This document shows positions 33,489 to 42,339 of a stretch of DNA of 59,627 nt, one piece after another. The first letter of the stretch is position 1; each line of letters opens with the position of its first letter. The stretch lies in the NCBI GenBank assembly GCA_964585575.1, contig CAZPEM010000002.1, forward strand, positions 1-59,627, written 5' to 3'. Position numbers and translations under genes: made by a program. The DNA comes from an uncultured Chitinophagaceae bacterium (GTDB lineage Bacteria; Planctomycetota; Planctomycetia; Pirellulales; UBA1268). Below the pieces are notes generated by a model that was not told the origin of the DNA, ran no database searches, and saw only the letters and a program-made list of their open reading frames with translations.

Positions 33489-34055
33489 CTACCGGACCTC
33501 CTCCCCCTCCATCGCGTAGATCGCGAGATGCTTTCCGTCCGGGCCGAGGAGTTCGTCCACGCGGAAGGTGCCCGCCACCGCCACGGGCCGTACCGAGAAG
33601 TTGGCGGACTTGCCGGGCCGCATCCGGACGACGATGCAGTCGTGGAGCGCCGCGCCCGGGCCGAAGCAACACTCCATGTTGTCGCGGACGAGCACGAACT
33701 GCGTGAGGCCGGTCTGCTGGAAGCTCGGCAGGATGTAGCCCCGGATGCGGAGGCGTTCGCCTTCGAGCGCCGTCACCCGCTTCGGGAGGAGGTCGCGGGT
33801 GAACGGGGCCCCCTTCTCCATGTCGAGCTTGATGTCGTCGAACGTGACGTCGCGGGGCCTGCCGGGCGGCGTGGGAGCAGGCAACGCGGTCGTGGGCTGC
33901 CGCGGCGGATCGCCCACGGCGACGGCGGGAGATTCGGCAACACGAGCGGCGGGCTCGCGGCCGCCGCACCCACCGGCCACGGCGGCGATGCACGCCGCGG
34001 CGAGAATCAGAACGGCGGGAATCGAGTGCAAGGCTGGACTAACGCGTGAACGCAT
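33489..34055 (-). CDS. DUF3299-family lipoprotein
   Basis: Lipobox VAGGC. RIRGYILPSF...FVLVRDNMECCFGPG... core. Confidence 0.6.
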   Translation of the reverse strand: MRSRVSPALHSIPAVLILAAACIAAVAGGCGGREPAARVAESPAVAVGDPPRQPTTALPAPTPPGRPRDVTFDDIKLDMEKGAPFTRDLLPKRVTALEGERLRIRGYILPSFQQTGLTQFVLVRDNMECCFGPGAALHDCIVVRMRPGKSANFSVRPVAVAGTFRVDELLGPDGKHLAIYAMEGEEVR

Positions 34056-34764
34056 CTTCGAGATGGTACAGCACGCCTCCTTCGATCGTGGAGATGCCCG
34101 TGGGCCTCACCGCGAAACGTCCGGCGATCTTGACGAGCCGCGGCGTGAAGTCGATCCCCTGGCGATCCGAAAGCCGCACGAGCACCCGGTCGGTGATCTT
34201 CGGGTTGCCTCCGAAGCAGCAGTCGCCCTGGTCACGCACCAGCAAAAACTCTGCGATGCCACGCTGCTCCTTGCCCGGATACATGTAGCCCTTGAGCAGC
34301 ACGAGCTTGCCGTCGATGGCCGTGGCCGATTCCGGCACGGCCGTCGGCGGCTCCCCCTCGGCCGTCTGCAGGAGCGAGTAGTCAATCCGCGAGTGCCCCT
34401 CGGGGAGTTCGGCCGCATACTGGATCGAGAGCCACGTGAGGCTGCCGGCGAGCGTGCAACAGGCGAACGCCACCCCGCCGATCGCCAGCGGAAGGCCGGT
34501 GAGCACTTCCGGCCGCGACGCGACCTGCCTCCACCCGATCAGCCCGAGCAGGATCGCGATGGCCGGCACTGCCGCCAGCGACCAGTCGAAGAAAGCCACG
34601 GGCGAAAGCACCGCCAGGATGGCGGCCGCGATCGCGTACTGGCTCGGCGAGCGGTACTCGCCGAGCGAATCTCCGTCGGCCAGCGGCTCCTGCAGTTCGC
34701 TCCCTCGGCCGCGGGGAAGCACGGCGGTCGAGTCGAACAGACTCGCGGACATCCCTCGACGCAT
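34039..34764 (-). CDS. DUF3299-family protein with N-terminal transmembrane segments
   Basis: Internal ATG at 34764 (alternative at 34752). TM helices, then LLKGYMYPG...FLLVRDQGDCCFGGNP core, paralogous to the next gene. Confidence 0.55.
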   Translation of the reverse strand: MRRGMSASLFDSTAVLPRGRGSELQEPLADGDSLGEYRSPSQYAIAAAILAVLSPVAFFDWSLAAVPAIAILLGLIGWRQVASRPEVLTGLPLAIGGVAFACCTLAGSLTWLSIQYAAELPEGHSRIDYSLLQTAEGEPPTAVPESATAIDGKLVLLKGYMYPGKEQRGIAEFLLVRDQGDCCFGGNPKITDRVLVRLSDRQGIDFTPRLVKIAGRFAVRPTGISTIEGGVLYHLEDAFTR

Positions 34765-34780
34765 GGGTACCCCGGACGCC

Positions 34781-36328
34781 TTAGCCGGATCTGGAGTCGG
34801 GGCGGAGAACGGCCCGCGACACCGCCGCCACGGCAGCCACGATCGCCGCCCACACGATCCAGCGTACCCGTGGGAACGGCCGCGAGGAAGCGTCTTTCTT
34901 CGCCGCGAGACTTTTGTCGGCGGGGGCGGGGCGATTCTCGGGATCGGTGTCTCCGAGCACGGGCGAGAGGCGTCCGGAGAGCGATGCATCGCGACCTTCA
35001 TCGGCGGCATCTTCGGTGGAGAGCGGCTCGGCGACGACCGGGAGGCCCGCAAGCGGGGCGCCCGGGATCTCCGAGGGAGCACCGTCTTTTTCGCCTTCCG
35101 TCGCCTTCGGCTTCACCGCCGCGGCTCCGGTGAACGCGGCGACAGCGGCCGCCCGCTTCACCGCCTCAGGGTCGATCTTCTCGAACCGCTCGATCGCCTC
35201 GGCCGCCTCCGGCTTGGGGCAGGCCCGCATGTAGTTCACGATCGGCTCGCGGACGAAGAGGTTGTCGCTCGTGGCCTTCTGGAAGATTTCCACGAGCCGC
35301 TCGAACACCGTCCAGTCTTCCCAGCGGGCGAGGTCGGCGATGACGAGATCGGCGAGCTTCGGCTCGTCGAGCAGGAGCCGCAGCGAGCGGAGCAGCCGCT
35401 CCCTCGGCACGATCCCCTTTTCCTCGCCGAGAAACCGCAGCGCCATGACGGCCGCGTAGGTTTCCGTGAAGGGCACGTCCTTGCTGCTGCTGCGGTCGAG
35501 GAAGAGTCGGTCGATGAGGTCGAGCCCCTCCGCACCCATGAGCGTGGCGTGGCATGCGATGAGCGCGTCGAGGCCCGCGCGAACCTCCGCCGCCTCCTTG
35601 CCGAGGCCCTCGCCCGAGAGGATCTTCGCGATCCGCGCGGCGTCGGCCTTCGTGCCGCAGACACCGAGCATCGTCGCGTAGAGCCGCCGCCGGCTGGCCT
35701 GGACCTTCGGGTCTTCGATCCAGGTGAGCAGCTGCGAGGCGTCCATCCGGTCCTCGAGCCCCTTCAGGTCGGCGTAGGAGGCGATCGCGAACTCGTCGTA
35801 GGCGTCGCGGGCGAGCACCTCGTCGGGATCCTCGAGATGCTTCTGGAAAAATGCGAGACGGTCGGGCCCGGAGGCGGGCAGCGACGAAAGTTTTTTCAGG
35901 TAGCCGACGGCCTTCTCCGTGATCGAGATCGGGCTCGACCAGACGAGTTCCGGCGGCTCGACCGCCAGGAGCAGGAAGAGCGACCCCACCGGCTTCTCGT
36001 CGAGGAAGATCGTCTCGATCGGCTTCGCGCCGCGGCCGGAATGCCCCGCCGCCTCGAGCAGTTCGGCCCCCTTGAGCGTCTCCACCACCTCGAAGGAGCC
36101 CTTCGGCAGCGGCCCCTCGGCCCGCGGTGCGAGCGATCCCGGATTGGGACGCTTCACGAGCCTCGCGATCACGGCCACCTGGCTCTGCTCGATTTCCTGG
36201 GCGAACGTGAGCGAGACGGCCGAGCAGAACGGGCAGGAGAACGACTGCCGCGGCAGGGCGACCGCCGTGATCAGGAGCAGGCAGGCGAGAAATCGTCCAA
36301 ACCTTCGCATGGTCGTGAAGTCTACCAT
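34781..36328 (-). CDS. secreted CPFC-motif / helical-repeat protein, paralog 1
   Basis: Start at 36328 or 36310. Signal peptide MRRFGRFLACLLLITAVALP, then SCPFCS. C-terminal NYMRACPKPEAAEAIERF motif. Confidence 0.6.
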   Translation of the reverse strand: MVDFTTMRRFGRFLACLLLITAVALPRQSFSCPFCSAVSLTFAQEIEQSQVAVIARLVKRPNPGSLAPRAEGPLPKGSFEVVETLKGAELLEAAGHSGRGAKPIETIFLDEKPVGSLFLLLAVEPPELVWSSPISITEKAVGYLKKLSSLPASGPDRLAFFQKHLEDPDEVLARDAYDEFAIASYADLKGLEDRMDASQLLTWIEDPKVQASRRRLYATMLGVCGTKADAARIAKILSGEGLGKEAAEVRAGLDALIACHATLMGAEGLDLIDRLFLDRSSSKDVPFTETYAAVMALRFLGEEKGIVPRERLLRSLRLLLDEPKLADLVIADLARWEDWTVFERLVEIFQKATSDNLFVREPIVNYMRACPKPEAAEAIERFEKIDPEAVKRAAAVAAFTGAAAVKPKATEGEKDGAPSEIPGAPLAGLPVVAEPLSTEDAADEGRDASLSGRLSPVLGDTDPENRPAPADKSLAAKKDASSRPFPRVRWIVWAAIVAAVAAVSRAVLRPDSRSG

Positions 36329-36350
36329 GTTGCCCGGTGGGCGATCGAGG

Positions 36351-37715
36351 TCATCCCGGCCCCTGGAGCCAGCGGGCGACGTCGGTGCGATACGCCGCGA
36401 CCGCCGGCAGGATGCCGGCGAGAATCGCGAGGCCGACGATGAACGGCACGAGCAGGAGCTCGGCCTGCGGAGCGGCCGAGAGCACGCCCGCCGAGACGCC
36501 GGCGTTCGTGGCGATCCAGGGACCGATCGCACCGACCAAAAGGTGCCCGAGCACCCAGCCCGCGAGCCCGCCGGCGACCGCCAGCAGCACGGCCTCCACG
36601 AGCACCGTCGAGAGCACATGGCCGCGTCGCGCGCCGAGCGCCCGCATGATGGCGACATCCCTTTTCCGTTCGAGCGTCGAGCCGACCATGCTGACGAGGA
36701 TTCCCACCGCCGACACGACGACGACCATCGCCGTGATCAAGAGCAGAAGCAGCTCCAGCGGCCGCACGAAGAGGTCGAGCAACTGGCGGATCTCCCCGAT
36801 CGGCAGCGCGGCCTGCGCGTCGCGGCCCTCGTTGATCGCCGTGCGGACGCCCATCGCGGTCAGTTCCGGAGGCAGGCCGGCGGCGCTCGCCGTCTCGAGG
36901 AGGATCGAAGTCACCTCCCGCTGGATCTTCCGCAGGGGCTTCGCGCCGCCGACATCCACCGGGATGCCGGCCTCGGGAGTTTTCGGGGAGATCTTCGTCG
37001 ACGCGGCGTCGGCACCGGGGGTGTCTTCATCGTCGACCGGCTTGGCGTGGCCGTCCTGGAGATAGAACCCCTCCATGTTCACGAACACACCACGGTCGAC
37101 CGGCGTGTCGGTCCGTTCGAGGATGCCGACGAGCTTGAAGGGATCGTGCTTCGGGCCGTCGTCGGCGCCGTGGGTCGGGGAGAACTCGTCGCCGAGCTTC
37201 ATCCCGTAGCGAGCGGCCACGGCGGCTCCGACCACGCCTTCGAAGAAGTTCTCGTCGCGGAGGTTCCTCCCGGCGGTGAAGCGGTAGGGGCGGCCGCCGC
37301 CGCGGGTGAGGCGGTCGAACATCGCGGCGTTCGTGCCGATCACGCGGTAGCCCTGCCAGTAGTCGCCCATGCAGATCGGCACGGCGACGGCGGTGCTCGA
37401 CGCGAAACGGCCGTCACGGCCGTCATCGCGGCGACTCGCGGACAGGAACTCCTCGTAGACGCTCCAGGGGATGTTTTCGATGGGCCGCGAGATGTAGTAG
37501 ACGCTGTTGAGCACCAGCTGCAGCGGGCTCCCCTTCGCGCCGATGATCATGTTGTAGCCGAGGCCGGTTCCGCTCGCGAAGGCCTGCCGGACGACGTTGC
37601 CGGTGACGAGCGTCGCGACGACGAGCGCGACGCCCAGCGCGAGCGACAGCACGGTGAGCGCGGAGTTGAGGGCCCGTTGGCGGATGTTGCGCCAGGCGAT
37701 GCCGAAGAGCGTCAT
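36351..37715 (-). CDS. MacB/FtsX-type ABC transporter permease
   Basis: ATG at 37715 in ATGA overlap with the ATPase stop. MTLFGIAWRNIRQRALNSALTVLSL..., a large periplasmic domain, and a C-terminal FtsX 3-TM bundle (MRALGARRGHV). Confidence 0.8.
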   Translation of the reverse strand: MTLFGIAWRNIRQRALNSALTVLSLALGVALVVATLVTGNVVRQAFASGTGLGYNMIIGAKGSPLQLVLNSVYYISRPIENIPWSVYEEFLSASRRDDGRDGRFASSTAVAVPICMGDYWQGYRVIGTNAAMFDRLTRGGGRPYRFTAGRNLRDENFFEGVVGAAVAARYGMKLGDEFSPTHGADDGPKHDPFKLVGILERTDTPVDRGVFVNMEGFYLQDGHAKPVDDEDTPGADAASTKISPKTPEAGIPVDVGGAKPLRKIQREVTSILLETASAAGLPPELTAMGVRTAINEGRDAQAALPIGEIRQLLDLFVRPLELLLLLITAMVVVVSAVGILVSMVGSTLERKRDVAIMRALGARRGHVLSTVLVEAVLLAVAGGLAGWVLGHLLVGAIGPWIATNAGVSAGVLSAAPQAELLLVPFIVGLAILAGILPAVAAYRTDVARWLQGPG

Positions 37716-38476
37716 GCCCGACCTCCACCCGTGGCTTCCGGCCGCCCTGCTGTGGCTTCCGGCCGAACCGCCGTGGCTTCCGGCCGACCTGCCCTCGCGG
37801 CACGGTTGAAGTCCTCGATGCGGATCCTCCGCTCGAACTGCGACGCCACCTCCGGCGAGTGCGTCACGATCAGGAGGGCGACTCCCTGCTCCCGGCAGGT
37901 GTTCCGCAGGAGGTCGATCACCTGCTGCTGGTGGGCCGGATCGATGCTCGCCGTCGGCTCGTCGGCGAGGATCGCCCGCGGCCGGTTGGCAAGCGCCCTG
38001 GCGACCGCCACCCGCTGCTGCTCCCCGATGGAAAGATGCGCCGGGCGGTGGGAGAGCCTGTGGGCGAGCCCCACCGAGGCCAGGAGCGACTCGGCCCGGG
38101 AGCGGTCGGGGCGGCCCGTGCCGAACGACATCGCCACGAGCACGTTCTCGAGGGCCGTGAACCCGGGCAGGAGATTGAACGACTGGAACACCATGCCGAG
38201 CTTGTCGGCCCGAATCCGGTCGCGGGTCGCCTCGTCGAATCGGGTGAGGTCGAGGCCGTCGACGACGACACTCCCGCGGTCGGGCCGCAGGATCCCCGAG
38301 ATCACGTTGAGCAGCGTCGATTTCCCGGAGCCGCTGCGGCCCTCGAGCGAAACCTGCTCGCCGCGTGCCACCTCGAAACGATCGACGTCGAGCACCGTGA
38401 GCGGCTCGCCCCCGGGCACGGGAAACGTCTTGCGAACGTCGGAAAGCGAAATGACGGAGGGCGCGTCCATGACCAC
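37712..38476 (-). CDS. ABC transporter ATP-binding protein (LolD/MacB type)
   Basis: Walker A GRSGSGKST. Signature LSIGEQQRV. Walker B ILADEP. C-terminal 3x heptad repeat. Confidence 0.88.
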   Translation of the reverse strand: MVMDAPSVISLSDVRKTFPVPGGEPLTVLDVDRFEVARGEQVSLEGRSGSGKSTLLNVISGILRPDRGSVVVDGLDLTRFDEATRDRIRADKLGMVFQSFNLLPGFTALENVLVAMSFGTGRPDRSRAESLLASVGLAHRLSHRPAHLSIGEQQRVAVARALANRPRAILADEPTASIDPAHQQQVIDLLRNTCREQGVALLIVTHSPEVASQFERRIRIEDFNRAARAGRPEATAVRPEATAGRPEATGGGRA

Positions 38477-38497
38477 GGCAATGATACCGCAATCGCC

Positions 38498-38977
38498 TTA
38501 CTCGAGCTGGTCGCCATACCGGCGGCGGACCTCGGCGAGGAACGACCGGCACCAGCCGTCGAAGCCGGCGACGCAGCGAGATGCGTTTTCGGCGGCGGCC
38601 GTGACGCGGATGGGATCGAGGTCGAGATCGTAGGCATGTCGAAAGAGATGCCTGAACCCCTTCAGTTCACGAACGTCCCGCACCGCATCGAGCGGGAGAA
38701 ATGCGGGGCGAATTCCCTTCAGATCGAGGGTCATCCTTTCGACGAGCGTGTCGTGGTACCGGCCCGTCTTCTCGAGATGGTTTTCGAACGACTCGCAGAG
38801 CCGCTCGAACGCTTTTTCGAGAATGTTGTAGATGCGGTTGATCTCGAAGGCCGCGGCAGCCCACCGGCCGTCGGTCGATTCGGCCAGCCGCTCCTCGAGA
38901 AGGCCGACCGCTCGCCGCATGACCCGGCCGTCCTGTTCCCAGCCATCCTCCAGGATCTGCAGTGCTATGCGATCCAT
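38498..38977 (-). CDS. hepT: HepT-like HEPN ribonuclease toxin
   Basis: 159 aa with the R-x4-H-x-Y motif (FRHLFRHAYD). 13-nt overlap with the upstream nucleotidyltransferase gene. Confidence 0.65.
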   Translation of the reverse strand: MDRIALQILEDGWEQDGRVMRRAVGLLEERLAESTDGRWAAAAFEINRIYNILEKAFERLCESFENHLEKTGRYHDTLVERMTLDLKGIRPAFLPLDAVRDVRELKGFRHLFRHAYDLDLDPIRVTAAAENASRCVAGFDGWCRSFLAEVRRRYGDQLE

Positions 38978-39291
38978 CGTTCGCCGGTCCCTTCGATCAC
39001 GGGCTTCAGCCGGGTGCGGTCGATGAGGCAGACATCCACCTCTCGGCCCACGTCTGCGGAAAGCAGGCTCTGCAGGTATTCAAGCGTCATGCCCGCAGGC
39101 AGCGATTCCAGCGCCACATCGACATCGGACCATTCATGGAAGCGGCCAGGCTTGACGAGCGAGCCATAGACCCACACCCCTGTTTTCGGCACATGCCTCG
39201 CCAGGGATTCACGAAGAAGGCAGCGGGTCTTGTCGGCACGTGCCGCGTCGTCTCGCAGTCGCCGTTCACGTTGTGACGCCAATAACCACAT
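38965..39291 (-). CDS. mntA: MNT-type nucleotidyltransferase antitoxin
   Basis: 108 aa with the minimal nucleotidyltransferase motif: YGSLVKPGRFHEWSDVDVAL fits G-S-x11-D-x-D. Confidence 0.65.
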   Translation of the reverse strand: MWLLASQRERRLRDDAARADKTRCLLRESLARHVPKTGVWVYGSLVKPGRFHEWSDVDVALESLPAGMTLEYLQSLLSADVGREVDVCLIDRTRLKPVIEGTGERWIA

Positions 39292-39515
39292 GCTTTCAGG
39301 ATAAGTGCCGCATGCTCTCCGGGCCAGCCAGCCGCGGGGAAGGACCCGCGGCCACGGGCGGTATGCCGCACCACGAGCCTGCAGAGCAGCAGTCCGGCCA
39401 CCACGAACCAGACAGGGGCAGCCCCTCGCCCCGCACGTTTGACGTACCTCAAACGGACTGTTTCACGGTCAAACCGCGAACGCTATCGTCAAATCGCGGA
39501 CGGGACGCGGGGCGA

Positions 39516-39545
39516 TTGAGAACCGCCGCCAAGAACGTGTATATT
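39516..39545 (+). promoter_or_regulatory. sigma70-like promoter candidate for gap (TTGAGA-18-TATATT)
   Basis: Hexamers at 39516-39521 and 39540-39545, about 80 nt upstream of the gap GTG. Confidence 0.3.
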
Positions 39546-39627
39546 CCTCGCGATTTTGGCGGGGCCCGCACCGCGGCGTCGCGGCGACGGCCCGAACGCC
39601 AGCTGGATGAACCCAGGAGGATCTCAC

Positions 39628-40644
39628 GTGCCCATTCGCGTCGGCATCAACGGTTTTGGTCGCATCGGACGGCTCACCTACCGCGCCATCTACGAGAAGT
39701 ACGGTCTCAATGGCGATGTCCAGGTCGTGGCCATCAACGATCTCACCGACGCGAAGACGAACGCCCACCTGCTCGAGTTCGATTCCAACTACGGGCCGTT
39801 CAAGGGGAAGGTCGGCTACGAGGGCAACGACCTCGTCGTCGACGGCCACACGATCAAGGTCTTCGCGGAGAAGGATCCGGGCTCGATCCCATGGGGCAGC
39901 CAGGACGTGCAGATCGTCGTGGAGAGCACCGGCTTCTTCACCGACGCGACGAAGGCCGTGGCCCACAAGCGGGACAGCGTCAAGAAGGTCGTGATCTCGG
40001 CTCCGGCCAAGAACGAGGACCTGACGATCGTGCTGGGCGTCAACAACGAGATGTACGACCCGAAGAAGCACCACGTCATCTCGAACGCTTCCTGCACGAC
40101 GAACGGGCTGGCCCCCGTCGCGAAGGTGCTCCATGAGACGTGGGGAATCGACCGCGGCCTGCTGACGACCGTGCACGCCTATACGAACTCGCAGAAGACG
40201 GTGGACACGGCCGCCAAGGATCTCCGCGACGCCCGTGCCGCCGCCCTCAACATCGTCCCGAGCAGCACCGGCGCCGCGAAGGCGGTGGGCCTCGTGATTC
40301 CCGCCCTGCAGGGGAAGTTCACCGGCATGGCGTTCCGCGTGCCGACCCCGACCGTGAGCGTCGTCGACTTCACGGCGATCCTCGGCAAGGACGCGTCGCC
40401 CGCCGACATCAATGCCGCGATGAAGAAGGCGGCCGACGGCCCGCTCAAGGGAATTCTCCGCTACACGGAGAAGGAACTCGTCTCCACCGACCTCAAGGGC
40501 GACCCCCACAGCTCGATCTTCTCGGCCGTCGACACGATCGGGCTCGGCAACTTCGTGAAGGTGGTCAGCTGGTACGACAACGAATGGGGCTACTCGAACC
40601 GGGTCGCCGACCTGCTGAACTTCCTCGAGGACCGGGGCCTGTAG
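39628..40644 (+). CDS. gap: type I glyceraldehyde-3-phosphate dehydrogenase
   Basis: GTG start with AGGAGG RBS. VPIRVGINGFGRIGRL, SNASCTTNGLAP, WYDNEWGYS motifs. Confidence 0.93.
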   Translation: MPIRVGINGFGRIGRLTYRAIYEKYGLNGDVQVVAINDLTDAKTNAHLLEFDSNYGPFKGKVGYEGNDLVVDGHTIKVFAEKDPGSIPWGSQDVQIVVESTGFFTDATKAVAHKRDSVKKVVISAPAKNEDLTIVLGVNNEMYDPKKHHVISNASCTTNGLAPVAKVLHETWGIDRGLLTTVHAYTNSQKTVDTAAKDLRDARAAALNIVPSSTGAAKAVGLVIPALQGKFTGMAFRVPTPTVSVVDFTAILGKDASPADINAAMKKAADGPLKGILRYTEKELVSTDLKGDPHSSIFSAVDTIGLGNFVKVVSWYDNEWGYSNRVADLLNFLEDRGL

Positions 40645-41637
40645 TCACTCGGCGAGCGTCCGTTCCTGCTCGAACGACCTGCCATCGGACGTCGTCATCC
40701 GCACCTGAAGCCGGAGCCTGTCCGTCGCCGGCGGCGGGCCCGTCCAAGGCAGCTCGAGGTTGAAGCCGCGAACCCGCGAGGTGGGCCGAAACCGCCCGAG
40801 CACCTGCTGCGCTGGAATCTGCCAGGTGGCGACGGGCGCCGCGTCGGGCGGGGCGGCGGCCTCGAAGGCGGCCACGAACACGTCCCCGGCCGCGGCGACG
40901 AGCCGTTCGTCGGCGTCCCGCGGCTCGAAGACGACCGCGAGCCCGTCCGATCGTCCGTCGCCGTCGCGGTCGAACGGTCCGCTGCTCGACGCGTTGACGA
41001 CCAGGTGCGTGATCCCCTTCTCGTCCGCCGCGCTCTCCTCGTGGGAAAGCCGTCGCACGGGAGGAGGCAGGGCCGCGGTGGGCGGTGGATCGATCGGCCG
41101 CGGAGCGTTCTCGACGGGGCTTTCGAAGACCGGGCCCTCGGGTGCCCGCGCGGGCCCGAGCGATGTGCCGCGGAAGCGGAGGCCCGGGTTCGTGCCCGGC
41201 AGCGGCGGAACGCCGTCGAGCGTCGGAGGCTGCGTGGGAACAGGCGGGGCTGCCGGGGGCGGTGGCGAGCCCGTCCGGGGCGGCGGAACGAACTCGACGG
41301 CCGGGGCGTCGATCGTCGGCGGCACGAGGCTCGGGGCGACCGGTTTCGCCTTCGCCGGCTCGGCGACTCCCGGCGGCGGAAGAACCTGCTTCGGCAGGGA
41401 GGCGTCCGGATCGACGATCCCCAGCTGTTTCTTGAGCGATGCATTCTCGACCGCGATCCTGTCGAGCCGCGACGCCTTGAAGTGCAGTTCGTCCTGGAGC
41501 TGGTAGATCTGGTCCTCCTGAAGCCGCAACTCGCGCTCGAGGAGCTGCTGGTTGATGTCGCTGCGACAGCCGGCCACGAAGACGAGAGCGGCCGCGATGG
41601 CCGCGAGGCGGTTTCGAGAGTCGTTCGAGCGTGTCAT
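40645..41637 (-). CDS. lipoprotein with coiled coil and Pro-rich linker (unknown function)
   Basis: Lipobox FVAGC. LQEDQIYQLQDELHFKASRLD coil. Confidence 0.55.
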   Translation of the reverse strand: MTRSNDSRNRLAAIAAALVFVAGCRSDINQQLLERELRLQEDQIYQLQDELHFKASRLDRIAVENASLKKQLGIVDPDASLPKQVLPPPGVAEPAKAKPVAPSLVPPTIDAPAVEFVPPPRTGSPPPPAAPPVPTQPPTLDGVPPLPGTNPGLRFRGTSLGPARAPEGPVFESPVENAPRPIDPPPTAALPPPVRRLSHEESAADEKGITHLVVNASSSGPFDRDGDGRSDGLAVVFEPRDADERLVAAAGDVFVAAFEAAAPPDAAPVATWQIPAQQVLGRFRPTSRVRGFNLELPWTGPPPATDRLRLQVRMTTSDGRSFEQERTLAE

Positions 41638-41729
41638 GACGCGCCTCCTTGCGCCTCAATCCACTTGGGCCACAGTCCTCGTGAGCCACAGTCCACCCGG
41701 GGCCCAACACACCGATGTCCCGCGGGGCG

Positions 41730-42332
41730 TCAGGCCTCCGCTTTCACTCCCGGCATCCGTTCGACCACCTCGTCGATCAGCTTGTAGTCGAGCGCCTCCT
41801 GCGCCGACATGAAGCGGTCGCGATCCGTGTCCTGCTCGATCTTCTCGAGCGGGTGCCCCGTGTGCTTGAGCAGGATCGCGTTGAGCTTCTGCTTGATGTT
41901 CTTGAACTCCTTCGCGTGGATCATGATCTCCTCGGCCGTGCCCTCCATGCCGGCGAGCGGCTGGTGGATCATGATCCTCGAGTTGGGCAGCGCCCGCCGC
42001 TTCCCCTTGGCGCCGGCCGTGAGCAGCACGGCGCCCATGGAGGCGCACTGGCCGATGCAGTAGGTGGCCACGTCGCAGGTGACGAACTGCATCGTGTCGT
42101 AGATCGCGAGGCCGGCGGTGACGCTTCCGCCGGGGGAGTTGATGTAGAGGTGGATGTCGGCCTTCGGGTCGTCCGACTGCAGGAAGAGCAGCTGGGCGAC
42201 GATCGCGTTGGCGACCTCGTCGTTCACCTGGGTTCCCAGGAAGACGATCCGGTCCTTCAGGAGCCGGCTGTAGATGTCCATCGCCCGCTCTTCGCGGCCG
42301 GACTTCTCGATGACGTAGGGGATCAGTGGCAT
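41730..42332 (-). CDS. clpP: ATP-dependent Clp protease proteolytic subunit
   Basis: 200 aa. Ser-His-Asp context [25 protein letters not shown]. Confidence 0.92.
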   Translation of the reverse strand: MPLIPYVIEKSGREERAMDIYSRLLKDRIVFLGTQVNDEVANAIVAQLLFLQSDDPKADIHLYINSPGGSVTAGLAIYDTMQFVTCDVATYCIGQCASMGAVLLTAGAKGKRRALPNSRIMIHQPLAGMEGTAEEIMIHAKEFKNIKQKLNAILLKHTGHPLEKIEQDTDRDRFMSAQEALDYKLIDEVVERMPGVKAEA

Positions 42333-42339
42333 GGGATGT

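Noticed and set aside
36351-38552. 733-aa ORF suggesting one giant permease gene
   Set aside because: The N-terminal 279 codons overlap the well-supported ABC ATPase in another frame and are Arg/Pro/Gly-rich. The real permease starts at ATG 37715, in ATGA overlap with the ATPase stop.
39469-40509. 346-aa minus-strand ORF opposite gap
   Set aside because: It is antisense to GAPDH, whose identity is certain.
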